64,000 bases of DNA from an uncultured Acidimicrobiaceae bacterium (lineage in GTDB: Bacteria > Actinomycetota > Acidimicrobiia > Acidimicrobiales > Ilumatobacteraceae), in contig CAIXIJ010000023.1 of the NCBI GenBank assembly GCA_903919455.1, positions 2,626 through 66,625 of the forward strand. Reading direction: 5' to 3'. The position numbers and the translations under genes were made by a program. Positions within the stretch are counted from its first letter, which is position 1. Every line of letters starts with the position of its first letter. The notes under the pieces were generated by a model, which was not told the DNA's origin, did no database searches, and saw only the letters and a program-made list of their open reading frames with translations. Of this stretch, positions 1-9,494 are shown piece after piece.

Positions 1-194
1 GGTCTGATGCCCTTGACCAGGCTAAATGTCCGAAGTTGCGACAGCGCCCGATTGGCGCCAGTTGCCCGGATTTGCCACGATTTGCGCCATCTACTGTCGC
101 GGGGCTGTCGTGCCCTTCGCCCTAAGAACGTGTGTCCTACTTCGTGGCCCCGATTGCCTTGACCAGACCCGCACCTATCGGCAGCTCTGCTCGG

Positions 195-476
195 TCAGAT
201 GTCGGTGCTGATGGGTCGCAGGAACTTGTTCAGCCAGCCTGCGGTGGCGCGCTCGTCCCACGCGCCGGACGCGATTGCTAGGACAGCGGCCTCGGCCTCG
301 TCGATGTCGGGTTTCGGTGCCCAGGTCCAGTCGTTGATGTCGACGAACAGGCGCAATGACACCCATGCAGCTCGCTTGTTGCCGTCAGGCAATGGATGGT
401 TCCGAGCGAGCCGCACGATCAACACCGCTGCGGCGATCGCGATGTAGTCAGCGAGATCGAGGTATTCGACGCTCAC
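195..476 (-). CDS. doc: Doc/Fic-family toxin (death-on-curing type), unusually short
   Basis: 93-aa ORF carrying the Doc signature NHPLPDGNKRAA (HxFx[DE]GNKR). Its GTG start overlaps the stop of the upstream RHH ORF (GTGA at 473-476). Confidence 0.75.
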   Translation of the reverse strand: MSVEYLDLADYIAIAAAVLIVRLARNHPLPDGNKRAAWVSLRLFVDINDWTWAPKPDIDEAEAAVLAIASGAWDERATAGWLNKFLRPISTDI

Positions 477-682
477 TTCGCGAGACGTTCGAGCAGCTCT
501 CGATCCTCGTCGATGATCTGGCGAATGCGGCGACGAAACGCCGGATCCTTCTGGCGACGCTCGACGGCCTCTCGCAGAGCGAGCTTCACCGTCTCGTTGA
601 GGCTCTGACCTTCGGCACGTGCGAGCGCCTCGGTGTCAGCGGCGAGCTCGTCGTCGAGGCGAACAGTGAGGTTCTTCGGCAT
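473..682 (-). CDS. Ribbon-helix-helix (CopG/Arc-like) antitoxin paired with Doc
   Basis: 69-aa ORF with the N-terminal NLTVRLDDELAADTEALARAEGQSLNETVKLALRE pattern typical of RHH antitoxins. It has a 4-nt overlap with the toxin gene. Confidence 0.7.
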   Translation of the reverse strand: MPKNLTVRLDDELAADTEALARAEGQSLNETVKLALREAVERRQKDPAFRRRIRQIIDEDRELLERLAK

Positions 683-696
683 GACACCATGGTATC
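683..696. promoter_or_regulatory. Imperfect palindrome GACACCATGGTATC next to the antitoxin start (possible TA operator)
   Basis: 12 of 14 positions are symmetric, with a perfect ACCATGGT core at 686-693. It sits 1 nt upstream of the antitoxin ATG on the minus strand. Confidence 0.3.
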
Positions 697-915
697 AAGA
701 CGTCAGAAGCAGCGATAGCGCCGAATGTCCAAGATCCGCCCCATTTCCGGCGAGCAGACCGCAGACAATCTGCGCTACCTGATGACGCCGGACTCCCGGT
801 TCATGTCACTCGTTCTTCTGAACGCGCCGAGAAGAACTGAGGACATAGACGGCCGATTCGGGGCGAGAGGCGCGCTCAGCCGGCTGGGCCGACGTCCACA
901 CGCTCCTGGAGCGTC

Positions 916-933
916 GGCTATCATTCGATAGCC
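916..933. promoter_or_regulatory. Inverted repeat GGCTATC-ATTC-GATAGCC abutting the start codon of the flavoenzyme gene
   Basis: 7-bp perfect arms with a 4-nt spacer, ending 1 nt before the ATG at 934. No obvious SD sequence lies between it and the start. Confidence 0.35.
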
Positions 934-3396
934 ATGACCGCCACCCAACTCCCAGACCGTGCCCGTGTCGTCATCGTCGGCGGTGGCGTCATCGGCAGCA
1001 GCATCGCCTACCACCTTGCTCACCTCGGGTGCACCGACGTCGTGCTGCTCGAGCGCCACTCGCTCACGGCGGGCACCACGTGGCATGCGGCCGGGCTCAT
1101 CACCTCGGCCGGCATGACCGACGAGACCTCGCTGTTCATGGCGCGCTACTCCCGCGACCTGTACGCCAGGCTCGAGGCCGAAACCGGGCACTCCACCGGC
1201 TTTCGCGAGGTCGGGCACATCCTCGTCGCCAGCACCGAGCGTCGAGTCGAGGCACTCCGTCGGGCCGGCGCCTGGCAGCACGGCTTCGGAGTGCCCGAGC
1301 GCGAGATCTCGCCGCGCGAGATCGCCGACATGTGGCCGTTGCTCCGCACCGACGACCTGCTGGCTGGCTTCTACGTGCCCGACGAGGGTCGCGCTGATCC
1401 CGTGGGGTGCGCGGTGTCGATGGCGAAAGGCGCCCGCCAGTTGGGTGCCAAGGTCGTAGAGGGCGTGTCGGTCATCGGTGTGGAGCAGCACCGCGGGCAC
1501 GTCACGGCAGTGCTCACCGATGCGGGTCGCATCGAGACGGAGATCGTGGTCAACGCCGGCGGAATGTGGGCTGGCACCCTCGCCGCCCAGTCGGGTGTGC
1601 ATGTGCCACTGCAGGCCGCCGAGCACTACTACCTCATCACCGGCCCGGTGCCCGGCATGGACCCCGACCTGCCCGTAGTGGAAGACCCCGACCGCTACGG
1701 CTACTACCGGCCCGAGGGCGACGGCATGCTCGTCGGCCTGTTCGAACCGGTCGGCAAGCCCTGGCATCTCGACGGGGTGCCGCACGACTTCGCCTTCGGC
1801 ACCATCGACCCCGACTGGGATCGCATGTCCGAGTTCCTCGCCCCGGCGATGGATCGCATCCCGTCACTCGCCGAGTGCGGCGTGCGGCTGTTCTTCTGCG
1901 GTCCTGAATCGTTCACCTCCGACGTGCACCCCCTGCTCGGCCCCGCACCCGAACTCGACGGTTACTGGGTGGCCGCCGGCATGAACTCCCTGGGCATCCT
2001 GCTCGGTGGCGGAGTTGGGCACCTGATGGCGCACTGGATCGTCGACGGGGTGCCGCCGCTCGATGTCACCAGCTACGCAGTGGGTCGGGTGGCCACCCAC
2101 GAGACCAGTCGCAAGTTCCGTTCGGAACGCACGCCCGAACAACTCGGCGTGCTGTTCGGCGATGGAGTGTGGCCGAACTGGAAGCCCACCACGGCTCGCA
2201 ACGTGCGCCGGTCGGTGCTGCACGACCGCCACGTCGCGGCAGGGGCTCACTTCGGGTCATCGGTTGGATGGGAGTACCCCGAATGGTTTGCCGAGCCAGG
2301 TGAACATCCGCGCTCCGTGCTCGAATTCGTACGTCAGGAGTCGCACCCACTGGTCGCTCGCGAGCATCACGCCGTGCGCGACGCGGTGGGCGTGCTCGAC
2401 ATGAGCCTGATGGCAAAGCTGATGGTGCAGGGGCCCCATGCCGGGGCCGTGCTGAACCGCCTGTCGGCCAACGACGTCGACCGGGAGATCGGCCGACTCG
2501 TCTACACGCAGTGGCTCGACACGCGAGGTGGCATCGTCGCCGACGTGACGGTGTCGAAGGTGGCCGACGACCGCTTCCTCGTCATCAGCAGCGACATCAC
2601 GCATCGCGAGATCGAGCCGCGTATCCGGCGCGAGACGCGCGCCGATGAAGTGGTCGTCGTCACCGATGTCACTTCGGCCACCACCTTGCTCTCGGTGCAG
2701 GGGCCGGCGTCGCGAGAGTTGCTCGGTCGGCTCACCGATGCCGACCTGTCGAACGACGCCTTCCCCTATCTCAAGGCGCGGCAGATCCACGTTGGATACG
2801 CACCGGTGCTTGCCGGTCGGGTGACGTACGTGGGCGAACTCGGCTACGAGTTGCACGTGCCCACCGAACACGCCGCCGGCCTCTACGACCTGTTGTTCGA
2901 GACTGGGCGAGACCTGGGCATCCGGCCCGTTGGTCTCGGTGCGATGGCCAGCCTGCGGTTGGAGAAGGGCTACCGCGACATGGGCGTCGACATCGACACC
3001 ACTGACACGGTGCTCGAAGCCGGCCTCGGATTCGCCGTCGCGTGGGACAAGCCGGGCGGCTTCATTGGCCGCGACGCGATGGTCGCCGCGAAGGCCGCTG
3101 GCGCGCCGACCGATCGCATCGTCGGGTTGTTCGTCGACGACCTCGATGCCGACCTGTTCGGTGGCGAGCCCCTGTTGCTCGATGGTCAGTGGGTGGGTTA
3201 CGTGCGTGCGGCAGCGTTCGGCCACACCCTCGGCGGGCCTGTGGCGCTCGCTCAAGTGCACCACGACGACGGCGTCACCGCTGCCTGGCTGGCCGCTGGC
3301 TCATTCGAGGTGCATACACCGGCGCGCCGACTGCCGGCCAAGGTGCAGTTCGCCCCGTTCTACGATCCGCAGCGGTTGCGCATCCTTGCCGAGTGA
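934..3396 (+). CDS. FAD-dependent dimethylglycine/sarcosine dehydrogenase-family oxidoreductase (DAO domain + GcvT folate-binding C-terminal domain)
   Basis: 820 aa. The N-terminal VVIVGGGVIGSSIAYHL is a dinucleotide-binding fold. The C-terminal half has aminomethyltransferase-like segments (LSVQGP, YVGELGYEL, RLEKGY). Confidence 0.85.
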   Translation: MTATQLPDRARVVIVGGGVIGSSIAYHLAHLGCTDVVLLERHSLTAGTTWHAAGLITSAGMTDETSLFMARYSRDLYARLEAETGHSTGFREVGHILVASTERRVEALRRAGAWQHGFGVPEREISPREIADMWPLLRTDDLLAGFYVPDEGRADPVGCAVSMAKGARQLGAKVVEGVSVIGVEQHRGHVTAVLTDAGRIETEIVVNAGGMWAGTLAAQSGVHVPLQAAEHYYLITGPVPGMDPDLPVVEDPDRYGYYRPEGDGMLVGLFEPVGKPWHLDGVPHDFAFGTIDPDWDRMSEFLAPAMDRIPSLAECGVRLFFCGPESFTSDVHPLLGPAPELDGYWVAAGMNSLGILLGGGVGHLMAHWIVDGVPPLDVTSYAVGRVATHETSRKFRSERTPEQLGVLFGDGVWPNWKPTTARNVRRSVLHDRHVAAGAHFGSSVGWEYPEWFAEPGEHPRSVLEFVRQESHPLVAREHHAVRDAVGVLDMSLMAKLMVQGPHAGAVLNRLSANDVDREIGRLVYTQWLDTRGGIVADVTVSKVADDRFLVISSDITHREIEPRIRRETRADEVVVVTDVTSATTLLSVQGPASRELLGRLTDADLSNDAFPYLKARQIHVGYAPVLAGRVTYVGELGYELHVPTEHAAGLYDLLFETGRDLGIRPVGLGAMASLRLEKGYRDMGVDIDTTDTVLEAGLGFAVAWDKPGGFIGRDAMVAAKAAGAPTDRIVGLFVDDLDADLFGGEPLLLDGQWVGYVRAAAFGHTLGGPVALAQVHHDDGVTAAWLAAGSFEVHTPARRLPAKVQFAPFYDPQRLRILAE

Positions 3397-3399
3397 GGT

Positions 3400-4038
3400 T
3401 CAGCGGTCGAGCGTTCGGGCCGCACCACGAACACGCGTGAGGCGCGACGGCGCTCGCAACAGCCCGCGCAGTACGAAGCTGGCGGCGAGGTCGGGCTCGT
3501 CGACGGCATGCGCAGCAGAACGATCGGCCGTACCGCGAATGGTTTCGAGCACGATCGCATCGATCACCTGACAGGCGAACGACACCTCGAGGTCGAGGAA
3601 CTCTCCCGACTGGATGCCCCGCTCGATGATGGATCGCAGCAGCGCCGAGTAGCGGGCATTCATGGCCCGCCCCTCCTCGAACTCGGGCAGGTCGAGGATC
3701 TCGTCGAGGTAGAGGGCACGCAGGTCAAACGGCGTGCTGCGCACGTACCGCACTTCCCATTGGAGGTAGCGATACAGCTCGACTGCGGCCCCACCACCAT
3801 CGGCTGCCAGCCGCTCGAGCGCGTCGATACCGGCGGTCAGGTCGCGACGCAGCAACTCCTCGGCGATCTCCTGCTTCGACGCGAAGTGCTTGTACAGCGA
3901 CGGTTGACGCACGCCCACTGCCGCTGCGATGTCGTGGGTGCTCGTGCCGCGGTAGCCGCGCACGGCGAACAGCCGTGAGGCCTCGAGCAGGATCAACTCA
4001 CGCGTCGGCCACGTCGTCGTCGACAACTCGGTGGTCAT
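3400..4038 (-). CDS. TetR-family transcriptional regulator
   Basis: 212 aa with the N-terminal HTH region LLEASRLFAVRGYRGTSTHDIAAAVGVRQPSLYKHFASKQEI. Confidence 0.9.
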   Translation of the reverse strand: MTTELSTTTWPTRELILLEASRLFAVRGYRGTSTHDIAAAVGVRQPSLYKHFASKQEIAEELLRRDLTAGIDALERLAADGGGAAVELYRYLQWEVRYVRSTPFDLRALYLDEILDLPEFEEGRAMNARYSALLRSIIERGIQSGEFLDLEVSFACQVIDAIVLETIRGTADRSAAHAVDEPDLAASFVLRGLLRAPSRLTRVRGAARTLDR

Positions 4039-4112
4039 GCGGCGAGTGTAGGTGGAACCGAGCGTGGTCCCTTAGAGTGCGACCGGCGGCGAGATGAAGG
4101 GCGGATGCCGAG

Positions 4113-5954
4113 GTGACATCCTTGGGCGCACAACAGGGCGGCGAACATCAACCGCCCTACCGACTGTTGGCGGAGATGGCCTCTGACGTGGCGATGGAGA
4201 TCAACGCCGCCAGCCGCGTGGTGTGGATCAGCCCGGCGATCGAGGAAGTGCTCGGGTGGTCGGTCGAAGAGATTGTCGGCACCTCGATCTTCGATCGCAT
4301 GCATCCCGATGACGTCGCACGAGGCGCGAAGGCGCGCGACAACGTGATGACTGGCAGCGTGGTGCGAAACGACCTCCGGTTCCTCACCAAGGACGGCAGC
4401 TATCGGTGGGTGTCGGCACGCCTCGCCCCCGTGTACGACGACGATCACAACGTGATCGGGCGAGTGGCCGGTTGGCACGATGTGAGCGCCGAGTACGAGT
4501 TGCGCGATCAGTTGCTCGATCGCGAAGAGCGGTTTCGCTTTCTCGTGGAGAACGCCAACGATGTGGTGCTTCTCGAGGTGGAAGGGCAGGTCGTGTTCGT
4601 GTCGCCGGCGGTCGACCACATACTCGGCTGGTCACCTGAGGATCTCGTCGGCCGAGCGGTGTCGAGTCTCTGGCACAACGACGATCCTTCCGCCGACCAT
4701 TCTCCTTCGTTGCGCGCCGACAGTTCCGATGTGATGCGCATGCGCCACAAGAACGGCGAGGTGCGCTGGATCGAGATCTCCACCTCGCCCGCCACCCAAT
4801 CCGATGGCAGGGTCGGCGCAGTGAGCATCCTGCGCGACGTCACCGAGACGGTGCACGCGGAACAGACTCTGGCGGCCACTCATGCTCGCGACGCGGTGCT
4901 GGCGTCGATGTCCAGCGACCTGTTCCTGATCCTCGACCGGAGGGGCGCAGTGCTGTGGGCCAGCGGGGCGAGCGAATTCTTGTTCGGACGATCGAGCAGC
5001 GAACTGGTGGGCGTGAACGTCACTGAGTTGCTGGTGGGTTTCGGTGCCGACGTGCCGAACGTTGCCGAGCGCCTCGATGCCGGCGAGATGATTGCAGGCG
5101 TCGTCGAGGTGCATCCGAGCGGCAGACCACCACGCTGGATCGACGTGCGCGCGATGCAGCACTCCGACCCGTCCGAGCCCCGCTCGTGGCTGTTCATCAG
5201 CATCCGCGATGCGCACGCCGAAATGGAAGTTCGTGCCGCGCTGGAGGCTTCGGAGCGGGAGGCGAACGAGGCCAACCAGGCGAAAACGGCATTCCTCTCG
5301 CGCATGAGCCACGAGTTGCGCACACCGCTGAACGCCGTGCTGGGCTTCGCGCAGCTCTTGCAGTTGGAGGAACTACAGCCCACCCAGGCAAGCGCCGTCG
5401 ACAAGATCGTCAGCGGTGGTCGTCACCTTCTCGACCTGATCAACGAGGTGCTCGACATCGCCCGCATCGAATCCGGATCGATCCTGATGTCGCCCGAGCG
5501 AGTGGCGCTCTCCAATGTCGTTCTCGAATCGATGGACCTGGTGCGCGGTATGGCTGCGACGGCCCAGGTGCGCCTCGAACCCTTCGACACATCCGCGGTC
5601 GACGAGGTGGTCTTCGCCGATCGCCAGCGTGTCATTCAGATACTGCTGAACCTGCTGACCAACGCCGTGAAGTACAACCGGCAATCCGGCACGGTGCAGG
5701 TCCGTGTAGGCAGCACCGACGACGGCATGGCGTGGGTGGAGGTCGACGACAGCGGCCCCGGTATCGCGCCCGACCTACTGCTACGCCTCTTCCAGCCCTT
5801 CGACCGACTTGGTGCCGAGCGCACTGGCATCGAGGGCACAGGTATCGGCCTGACGGTGGCGCGAAGCCTGGCCGAGACGATGGGAGGTCGGCTGGAGGTG
5901 CGCTCCACCGAAGGCGTCGGTTCGGTGTTCACCCTCGTGCTGCCCCAGGCCTGA
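4113..5954 (+). CDS. Cytoplasmic multi-PAS sensor histidine kinase
   Basis: 613 aa. Repeated PAS-like segments are followed by the H-box FLSRMSHELRTPLN and HATPase_c motifs (NAVKYN, DSGPGI, GTGIGL). No TM segment is seen. GTG start. Confidence 0.9.
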   Translation: MTSLGAQQGGEHQPPYRLLAEMASDVAMEINAASRVVWISPAIEEVLGWSVEEIVGTSIFDRMHPDDVARGAKARDNVMTGSVVRNDLRFLTKDGSYRWVSARLAPVYDDDHNVIGRVAGWHDVSAEYELRDQLLDREERFRFLVENANDVVLLEVEGQVVFVSPAVDHILGWSPEDLVGRAVSSLWHNDDPSADHSPSLRADSSDVMRMRHKNGEVRWIEISTSPATQSDGRVGAVSILRDVTETVHAEQTLAATHARDAVLASMSSDLFLILDRRGAVLWASGASEFLFGRSSSELVGVNVTELLVGFGADVPNVAERLDAGEMIAGVVEVHPSGRPPRWIDVRAMQHSDPSEPRSWLFISIRDAHAEMEVRAALEASEREANEANQAKTAFLSRMSHELRTPLNAVLGFAQLLQLEELQPTQASAVDKIVSGGRHLLDLINEVLDIARIESGSILMSPERVALSNVVLESMDLVRGMAATAQVRLEPFDTSAVDEVVFADRQRVIQILLNLLTNAVKYNRQSGTVQVRVGSTDDGMAWVEVDDSGPGIAPDLLLRLFQPFDRLGAERTGIEGTGIGLTVARSLAETMGGRLEVRSTEGVGSVFTLVLPQA

Positions 5955-5987
5955 GCCTCGCGCCCGACCTGCAGGTACCGTAAACCA

Positions 5988-7436
5988 ATGCTCTCAGGTG
6001 TGTCGCTCGGACAGTCGTACGCCAGCGCACTGCCGGGTCTCTACGAGCCGTGGCAGGCAGCAACCTTCCCCGACCCGCAGATGCTGGTGCTGAACACGGC
6101 CCTCGCCGTCGAACTCGGCATCGACCCCGACGCGCTCGACGCCGTCACCCTCACCGGCCAGGCCCTGCTGCCCGGCAGCGCACCGATCGCCATGGCCTAC
6201 GCCGGCCACCAGTTCGGCGGCTACTCGCCGCGCCTCGGCGACGGACGCGCCTTGCTGCTGGGCGAACTCACCGCACCCGACGGGCGGCTTGTCGATCTTC
6301 ATCTGAAGGGTTCGGGCCGCACCCCATTCGCACGCGGTGGCGACGGCAAGGCTGCGGTGGGCCCCATGCTCCGCGAGTACATCATCAGCGAAGCCATGCA
6401 CGCGCTGGGCATTCCCACCACTCGCTCGCTGGCCGTGGTGGCCACCGGCGAGCAGATCGCCCGCGACACGTTGCTGCCCGGCGCTGTCCTCGCCCGCGTC
6501 GCTGCCAGTCACCTGCGTGTCGGCACCTTCCAGTACGCCGCCAACACCGGCGACGCCGAGATGCTGGATCGCCTCGCCCGCTATGCCATCGAGCGTCACC
6601 ACCCGGCGGCGTTCGAAGCGCCGAACCCCTACTTCTCGTTCTACGAGTCGGTGGTGCAAGCCCAGGCCGAACTGCTGGCCAAGTGGATGCTGGTGGGCTT
6701 CATCCACGGGGTAATGAACACCGACAACATGACCATCTCGGGTGAGACCATCGACTACGGGCCCTGCGCGTTCATGGATCGTTTCAGCCCAGCCACCGTG
6801 TTCAGTTCCATCGATCACGGCGGGCGCTACGCCTACGGCAATCAGCCCGTGATCGCGCAGTGGAACCTCGCACGCCTGGCCGAAACGCTGCTGCCATTCT
6901 TCGCACCCGAGCAGGACGATGCCGTGACGATGGCCACCGATGTGCTGCGCTCGTTCACCGATCGCTACGACGCTCACTGGTTGGCGGGCATGCGCACGAA
7001 GTTGGGTCTGCCCGAGCACGCCGACCGCGCCATCGTCGACGAACTGCTCGCCCTCATGCAGGCACAGTCGGTCGACTTCACTCAGTGTTTCCGTTCACTG
7101 TCGTCAGCACTTCGTGGCGACCCCAGCCGTGCGCGCTCCCTGTTCTCCGACCCGAGCGCCTTCGATCAGTGGTCAGCGCGCTGGAACGCAGTTCGCAACA
7201 GCGACACCCGCGCCAGTGGTGAGGTGGCCACCGAGATGGATGCGGTGAACCCCGTGTACATCCCGCGCAACCAACTGGTGGAAGCGGCGCTCGACGCTGC
7301 GACCAACGGCGATTTGGCTCCCTTCCACGCATTGGTCGAAGTGCTGCAGCATCCCTTCGAGGAACGCGCCGGGCTTGAGCGTTACGCCGAACCCGGCATT
7401 CAGGACGCTCCGTACCGGACGTTCTGCGGCACCTGA
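5988..7436 (+). CDS. selO: Protein adenylyltransferase SelO (YdiU/UPF0061 family)
   Basis: 482 aa with hallmark segments [24 protein letters not shown] and [24 protein letters not shown]. Confidence 0.9.
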   Translation: MLSGVSLGQSYASALPGLYEPWQAATFPDPQMLVLNTALAVELGIDPDALDAVTLTGQALLPGSAPIAMAYAGHQFGGYSPRLGDGRALLLGELTAPDGRLVDLHLKGSGRTPFARGGDGKAAVGPMLREYIISEAMHALGIPTTRSLAVVATGEQIARDTLLPGAVLARVAASHLRVGTFQYAANTGDAEMLDRLARYAIERHHPAAFEAPNPYFSFYESVVQAQAELLAKWMLVGFIHGVMNTDNMTISGETIDYGPCAFMDRFSPATVFSSIDHGGRYAYGNQPVIAQWNLARLAETLLPFFAPEQDDAVTMATDVLRSFTDRYDAHWLAGMRTKLGLPEHADRAIVDELLALMQAQSVDFTQCFRSLSSALRGDPSRARSLFSDPSAFDQWSARWNAVRNSDTRASGEVATEMDAVNPVYIPRNQLVEAALDAATNGDLAPFHALVEVLQHPFEERAGLERYAEPGIQDAPYRTFCGT

Positions 7437-7466
7437 CTCCCAGAGCTCCGCGGCGAGCGACGAGGG

Positions 7467-9494
7467 CTAGTTGGTGTGGTGCTGATGCTCGAGGCGGCGG
7501 CGCAGCACCTCGCGCACGTCGGACACCGACGCGGGCTTCGGCACGAACATGTCGGCGCCGGCATCCAACGCTGCCTGCCGATCGGCGGCCGTGGCGCTTG
7601 CCGTCATCACCGCCATCAGTGGCTGGGGAATGCCCGCTCGACGGGCGAGGCTCACCAATTCGAGACCGCTCATGCCAGGCAACTGCACGTCCACCAGCGC
7701 CACATCGAACTCGCTCGTCTGCAGCTGGACCAACGCATCTTCGGCGGACTCCACCGTCACCACCTCGTTGCCGAGCTGCCGCAACTGCATTGCTGCCAGC
7801 AAAAGGTTCACGGGGTCGTCGTCCACCACGAGAGCGCGCAACGTAAACGGACCGTCGCCAGGCTCGGCCCCGTGGTCGGTCGAGTCACCCTTCGGCTGGG
7901 GAACGGAAGCGGCCAAGGGAATCTCGACCCAGAACGTCGAACCGCCGCCTCGGCGCGGGGATGCTCCGACCGTGCCGCCCATGGCTTCCACGGTGCCCTT
8001 CACGATGGCAAGACCCAAGCCAACACCCGGCGAACGCTCGTCGATGCCCCGCTCGTACGGCTCCCACAGGCGCAGCACCTCGTGAGGCTCGATGCCGCTA
8101 CCCGTGTCGGACACTTCGATCCGGGCAGTTCCGGGCGAGACACCTTTGGATGCCAAGAGTCGCACCTCGCCCACGCTCGTGTACTTGCATGCATTCGACA
8201 GGAGGTTGGTAATGGCCTGGCGCACGCGCTCGGGATCGGCGAACAGGTAACGAAGGTCGTCGGGTACATCGTCCACCACTAGACGCACGCCTGGGCGTGT
8301 GTTCTTGCGGGCGATGAACGCGCAGTCGTTGAATGCGAACTGAAGGTCGACCCGATCGGGGCGAACCCGCAGGTGACCCACCTCGATCTGCGCCACGTCG
8401 AGGAGATCGTCGACGATGCGTCGCATCGTGGTGGACTGACGGAAGATGCCCCACGCTGCATCGGCGAACTCTGTCGGCAGGCTTGCCTTGGTGAGCACTT
8501 CGCTGAGACCGAGCATGCCGTGCAGCGGATTGCGCAGCTCGTGGCTCACCTGCTCCACGAACGCAGCCCGCCGCCGCAACGCTGCTTCTGCCTCATCGCG
8601 TCGACGCAGCACCTCGAGTTCGACGTTCTTGCGGCGGTCGATGTTGCGAACCGTCAGCACGACGGCAGCCACCTCGGGGTCGTCGAGCAGGTTGATACCG
8701 GTGAACTCCAGCCACGACACCCCACCATCGGCGCGGACCAAGCGCGCCTCCATGTATTCCTCTGCCTCGAAGCCTCTCGACACGAGCGATGAGAACATCT
8801 CTAGCGCTCGCGGCCGGTCGTCCGGGTACACGAGCGCAAACGGTGGGAGGTCCTCCACGCTCTCATCAGACGGGTCGTAACCGAGGTCGAACCGATAGCG
8901 GTCCGAACTATCGATCATCGTGCCATCACTGCGGAGCAGCACCACCGAGTCGAGGATGTGCGATGTCATCAGGCGATGTCGGCGTTCTGCCACCACCAGA
9001 CGCCGTTCGGCATTCACCTTGGCAGTCACATCTCGCCCAACCGAGACGAGCGACCGAATCAGACCGTTCTCGTCGCGATCCGCCGAGTCCGTCCATTCCA
9101 TGGCGCGATTGTCGGGGTACACCCGCTCGCGAACGTACGAGTGATGACCGCTCTCCAGCCAATTCACACTGAACTTCGGACCGTCGTTCTCAGGCCAGTC
9201 GATGAGCGCGTTCAGGTTCAAGCCCACTACATCCGCGCCGTAACCGAAGTAGTCGCAATACGCCTGATTGCAGAAGATGATCGTGCCGTCGGGAGCCCAC
9301 TCGCAGATCAACTCCCGTTGCGCGTCGAGCACTCGTCGAAAGTGATCATGGTTCATTGCGTTGCGAACCCAGTGCTTCCCCTGCGAGCCCACTCGGCTGC
9401 CGCCGATAGCCGTCGAACACAGCCGAGAGTAGCAGACGACCCATCCACTTTCATTGGACGTTATCCAACCTTGATCTGAATCCTGATCGGCCAT
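7467..9494 (-). CDS. Hybrid PAS sensor histidine kinase / response regulator
   Basis: 675 aa with PAS segments, the H-box VSHELRNPLHGM, an HATPase_c domain and a C-terminal receiver domain (LVVDDDPVNL...DVQLPGMSG...KP). The longest ORF overlaps the 3' end of the upstream gene by 44 nt, so the true start may be the internal ATG at 9356. Confidence 0.85.
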   Translation of the reverse strand: MADQDSDQGWITSNESGWVVCYSRLCSTAIGGSRVGSQGKHWVRNAMNHDHFRRVLDAQRELICEWAPDGTIIFCNQAYCDYFGYGADVVGLNLNALIDWPENDGPKFSVNWLESGHHSYVRERVYPDNRAMEWTDSADRDENGLIRSLVSVGRDVTAKVNAERRLVVAERRHRLMTSHILDSVVLLRSDGTMIDSSDRYRFDLGYDPSDESVEDLPPFALVYPDDRPRALEMFSSLVSRGFEAEEYMEARLVRADGGVSWLEFTGINLLDDPEVAAVVLTVRNIDRRKNVELEVLRRRDEAEAALRRRAAFVEQVSHELRNPLHGMLGLSEVLTKASLPTEFADAAWGIFRQSTTMRRIVDDLLDVAQIEVGHLRVRPDRVDLQFAFNDCAFIARKNTRPGVRLVVDDVPDDLRYLFADPERVRQAITNLLSNACKYTSVGEVRLLASKGVSPGTARIEVSDTGSGIEPHEVLRLWEPYERGIDERSPGVGLGLAIVKGTVEAMGGTVGASPRRGGGSTFWVEIPLAASVPQPKGDSTDHGAEPGDGPFTLRALVVDDDPVNLLLAAMQLRQLGNEVVTVESAEDALVQLQTSEFDVALVDVQLPGMSGLELVSLARRAGIPQPLMAVMTASATAADRQAALDAGADMFVPKPASVSDVREVLRRRLEHQHHTN

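Noticed and set aside
11-166. A 10-bp direct repeat CCTTGACCAG at 11-20 and 157-166, downstream of the Doc toxin gene (possible att-like remnant of a mobile element carrying the TA pair)
   Set aside because: It lies at the window edge. No integrase, tRNA or second boundary is visible, and a single short repeat pair is insufficient evidence.
700-933. A possible riboswitch (ZTP/pfl-like or glycine-like) in the lower-GC leader of the folate-linked flavoenzyme gene. Fragments such as GACGGCCG...CGGGGCGAG...GCCGGCTGGGCC vaguely recall ZTP consensus blocks.
   Set aside because: The spacing is wrong: there is no P2 hairpin between the first two blocks, the pseudoknot complementarity is not satisfied, and no glycine-riboswitch core is present. 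It cannot be supported without a covariance-model search. The 68-aa ORF at 725-931 also lacks any support.
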